A stretch of 40,000 bases of DNA from Desulfovibrio sp. OttesenSCG-928-I05 (GTDB lineage: Bacteria > Desulfobacterota > Desulfovibrionia > Desulfovibrionales > Desulfovibrionaceae): NCBI GenBank assembly GCA_030266385.1, contig JAJDHY010000001.1, forward strand, positions 1 through 40,000. Direction: 5' to 3'. Each line of letters opens with the position of its first letter. The stretch's first letter is position 1. The position numbers were made by a program, and so were the translations under genes. Positions 31,541 to 40,000 of this stretch are shown here, in pieces. A model generated the notes under the pieces. It was not told the origin of the DNA. It worked only from the letters and a program-made list of their open reading frames with translations, and did no database searches.

Positions 31541-31966
31541 CTACTTCGTCTCCGGGAGCGCCCAGAAAGTGCCGCCAGCCGTAGCCAGCAGCTTTTCTTC
31601 GATGCCGAATACCGACGCTTCGGCGACAATCAGGTTTCTGCCGGGCTTCACAACCTTTGCCCGCGCCACAAGGTCGCCCCCGTCGCCGGGGCGGGCGGAA
31701 CGCAGATAGCGTATATTCATCTCCGCCGTCACCGCCATGCGTCCGGCGGGCAGCAGGGAAAGGACTGCGTGAGCCATGGCTTCGTCAGCCAGAGTGGCAA
31801 GAATACCGCCCGCCACAACACCCGCGCCCTGAATGATGCCGTCACTGAGGGGCATGCGTATTTCGGCCTCCCCGTCTTCGGCCCGTTCAAGGCGCGCGCC
31901 GAGAAAGGAAAAAAGCGGATTAACTTCCTGACCGTCGTAGCGCAGTGCTTCCAGATAGCCTGTCAT
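31541..31966 (-). CDS. PaaI-family hotdog thioesterase
   Basis: 141 aa. Pattern NP...LG..........G.....P.......G..HGG..A.L.D; here it reads GGILATLADEAM. Confidence 0.8.
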   Translation of the reverse strand: MTGYLEALRYDGQEVNPLFSFLGARLERAEDGEAEIRMPLSDGIIQGAGVVAGGILATLADEAMAHAVLSLLPAGRMAVTAEMNIRYLRSARPGDGGDLVARAKVVKPGRNLIVAEASVFGIEEKLLATAGGTFWALPETK

Positions 31967-31969
31967 ACC

Positions 31970-33985
31970 CTACTCCTCGCTCAGTGCCAGCCGACGGTTT
32001 TCAAACGCGGCAAGCTGTTCTTCCAGAGGGGTCATCGCTTCCAGCAAATCTTCCGCGCGGGTCTGCAAGGCATGGAAGCTCTTCAAAAGCTCCGTCGCCT
32101 TTGCTCCGTCGGCGTAAACGGCGGGGTCGGCCAACGTCGCTTCGGTTTCCGATTGCTCCGTCAATACAGCTTCCAGTTCCCGTTCCAGCGCGGCATATTG
32201 CTCCTGCACGGGCTTCATTTCCTTATACAGCGCGTTCCGCAACTCCCCCTGTTCCCGCTTGAGGCGCTTTTGCTCCTCACGGGAAAGGGAAGGACGCCCG
32301 CCAGAATCCGCATCCTGTACGCCGAAACTGTCCGCACCGCCCTGTTTCAGCCCCATTCCCGTCCGGGAAGATGCAGCCGACACGGCATCCCGTCGCGCAG
32401 CCATATATTGCTCGTAGCCCCGGTCAAACGTGGTAAACGCGCCCTCGTCCAGTTGCCAGATCTCGTCGGCCACAGTGGAAAGCAGGTAGCGGTCGTGCGC
32501 CACCATGAGCACCGTGCCCGGATACTCCGCCAGCGCCTCAACCAGCGCTTCCCGGCTTTCCAGATCAAGGTGGTTCGTGGGTTCGTCCAGCACAAGAAAA
32601 TTGCAGCGCGCCAGAAACAGGGTCCCCAGAATCAGTCTGCTTTTCTCGCCGCCGGACAGGGTGCCGACGATGCGGTCAAAATAGTTCTGCCCCAGCAGGA
32701 AAAGCCCGAGCACGCTCATCAGCTCTTCCTCTGTGGTCCGCGGGTCCGAAAGACGCCGTATCTCACCGAGCACCGTATTATCCGGGTTCAGCGTCTCAAG
32801 CTGATGCTGGCTGAAATAGCCGAGCTTCACCATCTGGCCCAGTTGGACCGTTCCGCCGGTCTTTTCCAGTTTCCCGGTCAGCAGCCGCAACAGCGTGGAT
32901 TTACCGCAGCCGTTATGCCCGACAAGAGCAATTTTCTGCCCCCGGTATATGGTAAAGGAGAGCGCATCCCACATATGCTTGCCGTCAGGGAAATGAAACG
33001 CCAGATCGGATACGGACAACACCGTGCGGTCCGACTGGGGCGGCTCGGGCCATTTAAAATCCAGATCGCGACGGACCGGGCTTTTCTCAATGCTTTCGAG
33101 TTCCTTTTCCAGTCGCTTTGCCATCTTCTGACGGGAACCGGCCTGCCGGGCCTTGGTGGCCTTGGCCTTGAAACGGCGGACAAAGGCCATCTTGCGCTCG
33201 ATCTCATCCTGCAAACGCGCGGCGAGCCGTTCCTGCTGCTCTTCCATTTCCTGATGCAGCGCGATGAACTGACTGAAATTCCCTTTACGGAACAAGGGCT
33301 TACCGAGACCAAGATACAAAATATGCGTGCTGATGGTATCCATGAACACACGGTCGTGCGCCACGAAAACCAGAATACCTTCGTATTCCATCAGGAACGA
33401 TTCAAGCCACTCCACCGCGTCAAGATCCAGGTGGTTTGTCGGTTCGTCCAGCAGCAACACATCGGCCCCGGCCGTCAGAATCCGGGCCAGTTTGGCTCTT
33501 TCCCGCCAGCCGCCGGAAAGTTCCGTTAACGGGCGGGTCCATTTATCTTCCGCGAAGCCCAGACCGGAAAGCACCGCCTTGGCCCGGTGTTCCGGGTTAT
33601 AGCCGTACATCTGTTCCAGTTCCGCCTGCCGCTGGCCCAGCCGGGTTATGGCCGCCTGATCCTGCGCCTGCACCGCCGCATCCCAGGCTACCCAGAAGTC
33701 GTTCCAGTCCGGCAGCACATCCAGAACATAGGCCAGCAGTTCGCGTTGCAGGCAGCTTTCGGTCAATTCCTGTTCCACATAGCCGAGCCGGGCCCCTTTG
33801 GGCAGCACAACCTTGCCCGCATCCGGCGCTTCAACATCCGCCAGAATGCGCAACAGGGTGGATTTCCCCGTACCGTTGGGTCCGGCGACGCACAAACGCG
33901 TACCGGAGTGAATTTCAAGAGAAAAATCGCTGAGGATATCCCGGCCGCCAAAGGCCTTGGCAAGGTTCTGGATGGAAAGACGCAT
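31970..33985 (-). CDS. ABC-F family ATPase (two ABC domains, C-terminal coiled coil)
   Basis: Two Walker A sites (GPNGTGKST, GHNGCGKST), two signature motifs (LSGGWR, LSGGEK) and no TM domain. Confidence 0.95.
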   Translation of the reverse strand: MRLSIQNLAKAFGGRDILSDFSLEIHSGTRLCVAGPNGTGKSTLLRILADVEAPDAGKVVLPKGARLGYVEQELTESCLQRELLAYVLDVLPDWNDFWVAWDAAVQAQDQAAITRLGQRQAELEQMYGYNPEHRAKAVLSGLGFAEDKWTRPLTELSGGWRERAKLARILTAGADVLLLDEPTNHLDLDAVEWLESFLMEYEGILVFVAHDRVFMDTISTHILYLGLGKPLFRKGNFSQFIALHQEMEEQQERLAARLQDEIERKMAFVRRFKAKATKARQAGSRQKMAKRLEKELESIEKSPVRRDLDFKWPEPPQSDRTVLSVSDLAFHFPDGKHMWDALSFTIYRGQKIALVGHNGCGKSTLLRLLTGKLEKTGGTVQLGQMVKLGYFSQHQLETLNPDNTVLGEIRRLSDPRTTEEELMSVLGLFLLGQNYFDRIVGTLSGGEKSRLILGTLFLARCNFLVLDEPTNHLDLESREALVEALAEYPGTVLMVAHDRYLLSTVADEIWQLDEGAFTTFDRGYEQYMAARRDAVSAASSRTGMGLKQGGADSFGVQDADSGGRPSLSREEQKRLKREQGELRNALYKEMKPVQEQYAALERELEAVLTEQSETEATLADPAVYADGAKATELLKSFHALQTRAEDLLEAMTPLEEQLAAFENRRLALSEE

Positions 33986-34137
33986 GGGAAAACTGCTTTT
34001 GATGCTGGAGGTTCAAGGGAAGTCTCTCTTATACCAGCCCGCCGGAAAAGAAAAGCAGGGGATACACGGCCAAAAGCCGCGCGCGCTCCGCCTTGCCTGA
34101 ACACAGGCGCACACAAAACCGGCCTGATGGCCGCAAG

Positions 34138-35160
34138 TTATACGAGGAGCAGAAGGAGCGTCATACCGCAGCCGAGGAACGCGGACGACAGCACAGTATG
34201 TTTGAGCTGCGTATTGAGACAGGCCGCGTCACCCGCTCTGGTCACCGCCAGCCAGGTGCTGCGTATCAACGGCAGGGCAAAGAAAAGCCCCCAGAGAAAG
34301 GCCGGTTTCACAAGCAGCCAGATCAGCCCCCACAAGAGAACGATGCATACCGTCATACCCGCGTGGTATTTTCTGGCCCGCTCCAGCCCCAGACGCACGG
34401 CCACGGAGCGCTTGCCCGCCTTCCGGTCCGTTTCTATATCCCGCATGTTGTTGATATTCAAAACGGAAGAGCTGCAAAAACCCGCCGCGAAACCGGCCAG
34501 CCACAAAGGAGCCGTCACCGGAGAACCGCACAGCACGGCAGCGCCCATCACCGCCACCGGCCCGAAGAAAAGCCAGGCCATGAAATCGCCGAGACCATAG
34601 TAGCCGTAGGGCCTTTTCCCCATGGTATACGCAATGGCCGCCACCACACAGGCCGCGCCGAGGCCGATAAAGAAAAAAAACAGCGGCCAGTCGCCCCAGG
34701 CGGCAACCAGCAGCAGCGCCGAGCCGGAAACCAGAGAAAGCCCCGCAGCCAGCACCACCGCCCGGAACATGCCGTCCGCGCTGGTCAGCCCGCTGACCAC
34801 CATCCGCAGGGGCCCAAGGCGGTCCGCGCCATCCGTCCCTTTCACGCCGTCGCCGTAGTCATTGGCCAGATTGGACAGGACTTGCAGCAGCAGCGCCGTT
34901 AGAAGCGCCAGCAGCAGGACGGCTTCAGAGGCATCACCGTACAGCGAGGCGAGGCCATACCCAAGAATGATGGCGGCGGCGGCCAGTGGCAGCGTCCGTG
35001 GCCGGATGGCCCAGAACCAGATGGTGAGCGCAGAAGGCTTCCCGGCGGGCGGCTCCTGCGGGGCCGTTTTATGAGCAGTGGAACCGGACACAGAATTCTC
35101 CAACCCGGCAACCTGTTTGCCGGAACATGCACGAAAGGCCCCGTGCCGGGGCTGCGCCAT
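34138..35160 (-). CDS. menA: 1,4-dihydroxy-2-naphthoate polyprenyltransferase (UbiA superfamily)
   Basis: The NLANDYGDGVKGTDGADRLGP motif and multiple TM helices. The start codon is uncertain. Confidence 0.8.
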   Translation of the reverse strand: MAQPRHGAFRACSGKQVAGLENSVSGSTAHKTAPQEPPAGKPSALTIWFWAIRPRTLPLAAAAIILGYGLASLYGDASEAVLLLALLTALLLQVLSNLANDYGDGVKGTDGADRLGPLRMVVSGLTSADGMFRAVVLAAGLSLVSGSALLLVAAWGDWPLFFFFIGLGAACVVAAIAYTMGKRPYGYYGLGDFMAWLFFGPVAVMGAAVLCGSPVTAPLWLAGFAAGFCSSSVLNINNMRDIETDRKAGKRSVAVRLGLERARKYHAGMTVCIVLLWGLIWLLVKPAFLWGLFFALPLIRSTWLAVTRAGDAACLNTQLKHTVLSSAFLGCGMTLLLLLV

Positions 35161-35229
35161 ATTCCATTATAAACGGACAGGCCAAAAAAAGGGAGAGGGG
35201 TGAAGCCCCCTCCCCTGTCTCGTAAAGCG

Positions 35230-36306
35230 CTACGCTTTCAGCGCCGCCCGGATGGCATCACCGACTTCGGCGGTGCCGCTTTGGCCGCCCATATCACGGG
35301 TGCGCACATCGCCTTTCGCAAGGACAGACTGCACGGCCTTGAGCAGCGCCCCGGCGGCTTCGGTCTCACCAAGGTATTCAAGCATCATGCGCCCCGATTC
35401 GATGGAGGCGATGGGGTTGACCACACCTTTGCCCGCCAGAGCGAGGGCGGAACCGTGAATCGGCTCGAACATGGAAGGGAAGCGGCGTTCCGGATCCAGA
35501 TTGGCCCCGGCGGCGACGCCTATACCGCCCTGCAGGACGGAGCCGAGGTCGGTAATGATATCGCCGAACAGGTTGGAAGCCACAATCACGTCGAACTGGC
35601 CCGGGTCGGTGATCATGATCATGGAAAGCGCATCCACAAGCAGGTAGTTCGTCTCGATATCCGGGTATTCGGCGGCCACTTCCCTGAAAATCGTATCCCA
35701 GTACACCATGGAGTAGTTCAGCGCGTTGGACTTGGTGCAACTGGTCACCTTGCCCTTGTATCCCTGGGCCTTACGGGTGCGGGCAAGCTCAAAGGCGTAG
35801 CGCATGACCCGTTCGCATCCCTTGCGGGAAAAAACAGCCATCTGGGTGGCGAAACCGTTGGGCGCGTCCGGGGCGAAGATACCGCCGAGCCGGGCGTACT
35901 CGCCTTCCGTGTTCTCGCGCACCACCACCATATCCACAGTTTCCGGGGTGGCGGTAGTGATGGGGCTGGGCACGCCCTTGTGCAGGATAATGGGACGCAG
36001 ATTCACGTAAAGATCAAAGCCTTTGCGGATTTCCAGCAGACTGGAAAGGGAAACATGATCCGGAGCCTTGGAAGGATCACCAACGGATCCAAGGAAAATG
36101 GCGTCAAAGCCCTTGAGAATCTCCAGGGCGTTTTCCGGCATCATGCGTCCGTGTTCAAGATAATAATCACAGTCCCAGGCAAAGGTTTCGCTGTTGATGG
36201 CAAAGGAAAAAAGGCGCCCGCATTCCTCAAGGGTTTTACGGGTTTCAAGCGCGACTTCGGGACCAACGCCGTCCCCGGGAATAAAGGCGATGCGATAGTT
36301 TTTCAT
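35230..36306 (-). CDS. Tartrate / 3-isopropylmalate dehydrogenase family oxidoreductase
   Basis: MKNYRIAFIPGDGVGPEV N-terminus with SD GGAG before the ATG at 36306. NLFGDIITDLG motif. Confidence 0.9.
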   Translation of the reverse strand: MKNYRIAFIPGDGVGPEVALETRKTLEECGRLFSFAINSETFAWDCDYYLEHGRMMPENALEILKGFDAIFLGSVGDPSKAPDHVSLSSLLEIRKGFDLYVNLRPIILHKGVPSPITTATPETVDMVVVRENTEGEYARLGGIFAPDAPNGFATQMAVFSRKGCERVMRYAFELARTRKAQGYKGKVTSCTKSNALNYSMVYWDTIFREVAAEYPDIETNYLLVDALSMIMITDPGQFDVIVASNLFGDIITDLGSVLQGGIGVAAGANLDPERRFPSMFEPIHGSALALAGKGVVNPIASIESGRMMLEYLGETEAAGALLKAVQSVLAKGDVRTRDMGGQSGTAEVGDAIRAALKA

Positions 36307-36515
36307 GAAGGCTCCGTAGGGCATGGCCCGGCAATGGGTGGATACGATAAAGAGGGAGTTTCCAACCAGATGCGCTTCTTGTCAAGCGAGAGGCGCAGGA
36401 AGGATGGGAGAGAAAGAATAGCCCCGGCAAACAGGCGTTCATTTCCCCTCTGTTCTTTGGTGCATTTTTTGCTTAAACAGTACACTATACACTATTTTGA
36501 CATATGGGGAACACC

Positions 36516-38168
36516 ATGTCCGAACATACCCAGCCGTGCTCCGATACCTGCAACGCGCCACTGGCTTCGGTGATCATTACCACCAGAGACAGGCCGGAGC
36601 TGTTGCGTACAGCCTTGAAAAGCCTGTGCCGCCAGCTGTTCACGGATTTTGAAGTCATCGTTGTCAACGATGGCGGGGTTGACCCTGCGCCCGTTCTTGC
36701 GGAGTTTGCGACAACGCTGCGCATAGTCGCCCTTGAAAACGAGGTAAATATGGGTGTGGCGGCGTCACGGAACAGGGCGCTGGATGCGGCGAGCGGCCGC
36801 TTTATCGCGTATCTGGACGATGACGACTTCTATTATGAGGATCACTTGCAGATTCTGCTGGTGGCCATGCTGAAACATAACACGGCTGTGGCGTATTCGC
36901 TCGCCAACGAAGCGCAGCAGAAACGCGAGGATGGGGAGTACGTCACGGTATCCCGACGGGTGTCGTGGAATCAGGAATTTGACCCGCAAAAACTGTGCGA
37001 GGGAAACTACATCCCGACCCTGTGCGTTATACACGAAAAAAGCTGTCTGGATATCACCGGGAAATTCAAGGAACATCTGGACCGGCACGAGGACTGGGAT
37101 TTATGGCTGCGCCTTTCCCGTCATTTTGATTTCATATTCCTGAACCTGGCCACAGCCGAATACACGGTGCGGGAAGGGGCTGTTTCCCTTTCGAAAGATA
37201 CGGACGCCATGGGCAGATCGCGCTTGCACGTGCGGCTGCTGGGGGAATACCTGTCTGGTATGCCCAGAGTCGCGGAACTGGCCACAGGTGTCAAAAACGC
37301 ACGGACGCACCGCCGTTTCAGCCAGCAGGAATCGCCTCTCTCAATCATCGTGCACTGCGACCGGCAAAGCCCGGAAATCGCACAGTGCCTTTCAATGCTT
37401 GTCGAGGCGTATCCCGACGATGCGGAAATTATTCTCAGTGTGGATGGAGATCCCGGTACCGCCGCCTGGCTGAACCGTTCCATTGACGGCGATTTGACGC
37501 TTATCGAACATCCCGAACGGGTTGGCCGCGTGCTGGCCAACAATTACGCGGCGGCGCGGGCGACGGGAAAACAACTGCTGTTTCTCAGTCAGGACGTGAT
37601 GATGGAGGCGAAATGCCTTGCGGCGATGCTGGCGGCCCCGGATGACGCCGTTATCTCGGCCACCTTGCGCGGGCCGGATGGTACCCTTTTACGCGGCGGA
37701 GCGGTCGATACCGAAGGCGTGCTGCGGCATACGGTGGCAGGTGGCAACGTGGGCGGCGATGCGGACAGCGCACCGGATAACACGGGGCTGTACGCGACGG
37801 AATGCGCCGCCGCTGTCTGCATGATGGTGGAAAAACAGCTGTTCAACGCTCTGGGCGGATTTTCGCTGCGTTTCGCTCCCGGAGGGTACGAAGATGCCGA
37901 TTTCTGCCTCCGGGCGGCGAGGGATTCCGGGGCCCGGACGCTCGTGACCAAAGAACAGGTTCTCTGGACACTGCCGGGCCGAAGCGCCCCCTATTCCCCC
38001 GAAGCGCTTTATGGGGCATCCGAGTTCGCATCCGTGTGGGGCAAGGTGCCCGGCTGGGTCGCGGACCGCGAATTCTGGGTTAATCCGGGCAGAGGGCTGC
38101 GCGGGGATACGCGTAAAGAATCGGCTATTTTCCGTCAGGCCCGCATTCCTCACGATCCGCAGAAGTGA
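36516..38168 (+). CDS. Two-domain family-2 glycosyltransferase
   Basis: First GT2 domain: SVIITTRDRPELL...VVNDGG...DDDD. Second GT2-like domain: SIIVHCDR...YEDADFCLRA. ATG at 36516 has SD GGGGA; the alternative ATG at 36504 has none. Confidence 0.85.
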   Translation: MSEHTQPCSDTCNAPLASVIITTRDRPELLRTALKSLCRQLFTDFEVIVVNDGGVDPAPVLAEFATTLRIVALENEVNMGVAASRNRALDAASGRFIAYLDDDDFYYEDHLQILLVAMLKHNTAVAYSLANEAQQKREDGEYVTVSRRVSWNQEFDPQKLCEGNYIPTLCVIHEKSCLDITGKFKEHLDRHEDWDLWLRLSRHFDFIFLNLATAEYTVREGAVSLSKDTDAMGRSRLHVRLLGEYLSGMPRVAELATGVKNARTHRRFSQQESPLSIIVHCDRQSPEIAQCLSMLVEAYPDDAEIILSVDGDPGTAAWLNRSIDGDLTLIEHPERVGRVLANNYAAARATGKQLLFLSQDVMMEAKCLAAMLAAPDDAVISATLRGPDGTLLRGGAVDTEGVLRHTVAGGNVGGDADSAPDNTGLYATECAAAVCMMVEKQLFNALGGFSLRFAPGGYEDADFCLRAARDSGARTLVTKEQVLWTLPGRSAPYSPEALYGASEFASVWGKVPGWVADREFWVNPGRGLRGDTRKESAIFRQARIPHDPQK

Positions 38169-38775
38169 CATCGCCGGTTGTCCCGTAGGGAGCGAGAAAG
38201 CGAACGCAGCACTCCTTGAGGAATTCGTTTGATACGGTTTCCAGCGTCACAAAATCAAAGTGAATGGCCCTGGCTGAACCGACGACGGTACCAAGCAGGA
38301 CGGCTGCCGTCGCGTGGCTGCGCACGTCCGGGCGGATGGAACCGTCTTCCCGGCCCGCCTCAATGGCTTGTTCCAGTAAGGAGATAAGGTACGCGTAGGC
38401 GTCCTTGACGGCTTCCCGCGCCTCGGCGTTGCTGTCCTGCGGGTTTGTGGACAGAACGTCGCGGAAAATAATGCTGAACTCCGGCAGCGGGCTGGAGGCA
38501 AGGGAATAATATTCCCTGACCGTGGCAAGCACGCGCTCCATCCCGTTGTGACAACGACTTGATTCCAGACGCTTTTCCACGCTGTGAATCAATTCCCCCT
38601 TCACCTTGCGCAGCAGGGTGAGCAATATTTCATGCTTCGAGCGAAAATGCCGGAACAGCGTTCCTTCGGCTATGCCCGCCCCCCTGGCCAGAGCGCTGGA
38701 GGTTGTGCCTGAAAACCCGTTGGCCGAGAAAAGCGTCAGCGCCGCGTTCAGAATTCTCTCACGTACGTCGTTCAT
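38125..38775 (-). CDS. TetR-family transcriptional regulator
   Basis: N-terminal HTH RILNAALTLFSANGFSGTTSSALARGAGIAEGTLFRHFRSK. Confidence 0.9.
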   Translation of the reverse strand: MNDVRERILNAALTLFSANGFSGTTSSALARGAGIAEGTLFRHFRSKHEILLTLLRKVKGELIHSVEKRLESSRCHNGMERVLATVREYYSLASSPLPEFSIIFRDVLSTNPQDSNAEAREAVKDAYAYLISLLEQAIEAGREDGSIRPDVRSHATAAVLLGTVVGSARAIHFDFVTLETVSNEFLKECCVRFLAPYGTTGDVTSADREECGPDGK

Positions 38776-38802
38776 ATCGTCATCGCGTCCTTTCTCGCCC
38801 GG

Positions 38803-39897
38803 TTACCACGATGCGTTCTGGTGGCAACGCCGCAGGGCTTCCTTGTAGCGCAGGGTAAGCTGCTCCAGTTCCGCGAACAGATCACCCACGGCTTCCAGAT
38901 CGTCAGCCGCCGCCGCCCGCTCAACACAGCGGGATACGCGCTCCAGCACTTGCAGATTAAAGGCGGAAGCCTTGTCGGCCAGACGCTTGGAGGCCTCCTG
39001 CACCAGAAGCGAACTCTTGTCGGCTATCCCCTGCCGCGCATCCTTCAGCGCATCATCCATTTCATAGAGCAGACCGGGAATAAAAGGCAGCATCTCGGTA
39101 CTGACGCTGTCGTTTTCACCCGGCAGGGGAATGTTCCCGGCAACCGGCTGTACGGCAGGAGTCTGCGCGGAAACAGCTTCCGTCGGGCTGGGCCGGGACG
39201 GCGCATCCGCTTCGTTCGAAGTTTGAGCGTAGGCGCTCCCTTCTTCATGTGCGGCGGGCAGAACGTCGTCCTCCTCCGTCATGTCCTCGTCGGTGATGAT
39301 CATGTCCAGAAGCGGCAGTTCGCGGGCCGAGCCGGACCGTCCGGCGTTGTCAGACGCTTCGGTTTCGCGGGTATCTTTCGGGGCCGCACTTTCCGGAGCC
39401 GTTTCCGGGGTGGCGTTCAGAGCAGGTTCACCGGCAGCATCAACAGGACGTGCGGGTTCCTCTTTTCCGGGAGCGGCAGCCGGGGCGGGACGCGCCGTTT
39501 CACGCGCTGTTTCCCCATCACGCGGCGTCGGCAGGGCCGTATCGGCGGCAGCCACACGGTCCGGCACAATATCTTCCGCCTTGAGGCCGACCAGAGAAAA
39601 CTCTTCCTTCACCGGTTTTTCGGATGATTCTCCGCTGGTTTTTACCGGCTGGACAGGTTTGGACTTTTCGGTCTTGGTAACCGCGGTCACCTTGCGATTC
39701 TTTCTCGCGCCCGAACCGCCGACAGAGACAGAGATAAGGGGTGCCGTATGCTTTTTGGCAAGCGGTCTGACTGGAACAGGGGCAGGAGCAGGGGCAGAGG
39801 TGGCAGCCGCATCCCCGGCGACCGGTCCGGTTGCCGGGGTCGCCGCTTCACTCTGTGTAGTGCCCTCTTCACGGCGTTCTTCTGCGGGGACGCTCAC
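38803..39897 (-). CDS. Pro/Ala/Glu-rich protein with a helical C-terminal domain (weakly Hpt-like); N-terminus may lie outside the window
   Basis: The listed start is GTG, but the frame stays open to position 40000. The C-terminal ~110 aa are helical, and the residue where an Hpt domain has His appears to be Ser. Confidence 0.55.
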   Translation of the reverse strand: MSVPAEERREEGTTQSEAATPATGPVAGDAAATSAPAPAPVPVRPLAKKHTAPLISVSVGGSGARKNRKVTAVTKTEKSKPVQPVKTSGESSEKPVKEEFSLVGLKAEDIVPDRVAAADTALPTPRDGETARETARPAPAAAPGKEEPARPVDAAGEPALNATPETAPESAAPKDTRETEASDNAGRSGSARELPLLDMIITDEDMTEEDDVLPAAHEEGSAYAQTSNEADAPSRPSPTEAVSAQTPAVQPVAGNIPLPGENDSVSTEMLPFIPGLLYEMDDALKDARQGIADKSSLLVQEASKRLADKASAFNLQVLERVSRCVERAAAADDLEAVGDLFAELEQLTLRYKEALRRCHQNASW

Positions 39898-40000
39898 CTG
39901 TTCAGGTGACTGCCCGGCATTCGCTTCCGCATCGCTCCCCAGAGCGGGGGGCGTGTCGAGGGCGTCGCTCAGAACAGTCTCAAGCGCTTCGGCCTGAGAG

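Noticed and set aside
31514-33529. 671-aa plus-strand ORF
   Set aside because: It is exactly antisense to the ABC-F ATPase, which has two complete Walker/signature sets. Its composition is Arg/Gln/Gly-rich and motif-free.
36481-36495. Tandem TACACTA-TACACTA just upstream of the glycosyltransferase gene, considered as an operator for the nearby TetR regulator
   Set aside because: It is only two 7-mers and is not palindromic. The TetR gene lies 2 kb away and is convergent with the glycosyltransferase gene, so there is no supporting context.
35200-36573. 457-aa plus-strand ORF
   Set aside because: It is antisense to the isopropylmalate/tartrate dehydrogenase family gene, which has an unmistakable N-terminal GDGVGPEV motif.

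Overview
The window has three parts. (1) 3.54-31.2 kb is a complete, compact integrative conjugative element (ICE) of about 27.6 kb. It is inserted immediately downstream of tRNA-Asp(GUC) and bounded by a direct repeat, with copies at 3534-3575 and 31171-31206. It carries a P4-type tyrosine integrase, an AlpA-type Xis and a winged-helix Rep-like protein. It also carries a MOBP relaxase module (lytic transglycosylase, mobC, RP4 TraI-like relaxase) and an RP4-like leader operon (traK-traL-traM). The type IV secretion (T4SS) genes follow the Ti-type Trb order trbB-C-D-E-J-L-F-G-H-I, followed by traG (coupling protein) and traF (pilin peptidase). Accessory genes are ArdC-like, a type IA topoisomerase, ArdA, a HigBA-type toxin-antitoxin pair and a 219-aa minimal C5-methyltransferase-like protein. 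(2) 0.06-3.5 kb is an AT-rich islet just outside the ICE (about 35-45 percent GC on sampled lines, against about 60 percent elsewhere). It holds a cytoplasmic metallophosphoesterase fused to an unrecognised three-repeat domain, a (GA)16 microsatellite, three small orphan genes and a third, degenerate att-like copy. (3) 31.2-40 kb is ordinary chromosome: PaaI thioesterase, ABC-F ATPase, MenA, a tartrate/isopropylmalate dehydrogenase family enzyme, a two-domain GT2 glycosyltransferase, a TetR regulator and a Pro/Ala-rich protein. No rRNA and no CRISPR array were found. The leads most worth following: (a) A phage-Mu Com-like zinc-ribbon gene overlaps the trbC start, and its tail, SD, start codon and signal-peptide region are duplicated in front of trbG; both copies have a hairpin that sequesters the start codon. 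(b) Ten strictly phased 10-bp repeats sit next to an RP4-like nick-site candidate. (c) A 12-nt repeat array lies inside the Rep-like gene and is read in two reading frames because of compensating -4/+4 indels. (d) An oppositely oriented secreted-protein gene occupies the trbK position, and its C-terminus (SKADPF) matches the TrbJ C-terminus with only synonymous differences. (e) The metallophosphoesterase/three-repeat protein sits in the islet with the microsatellite. All homology calls come from reading motifs by eye; no database search was possible.
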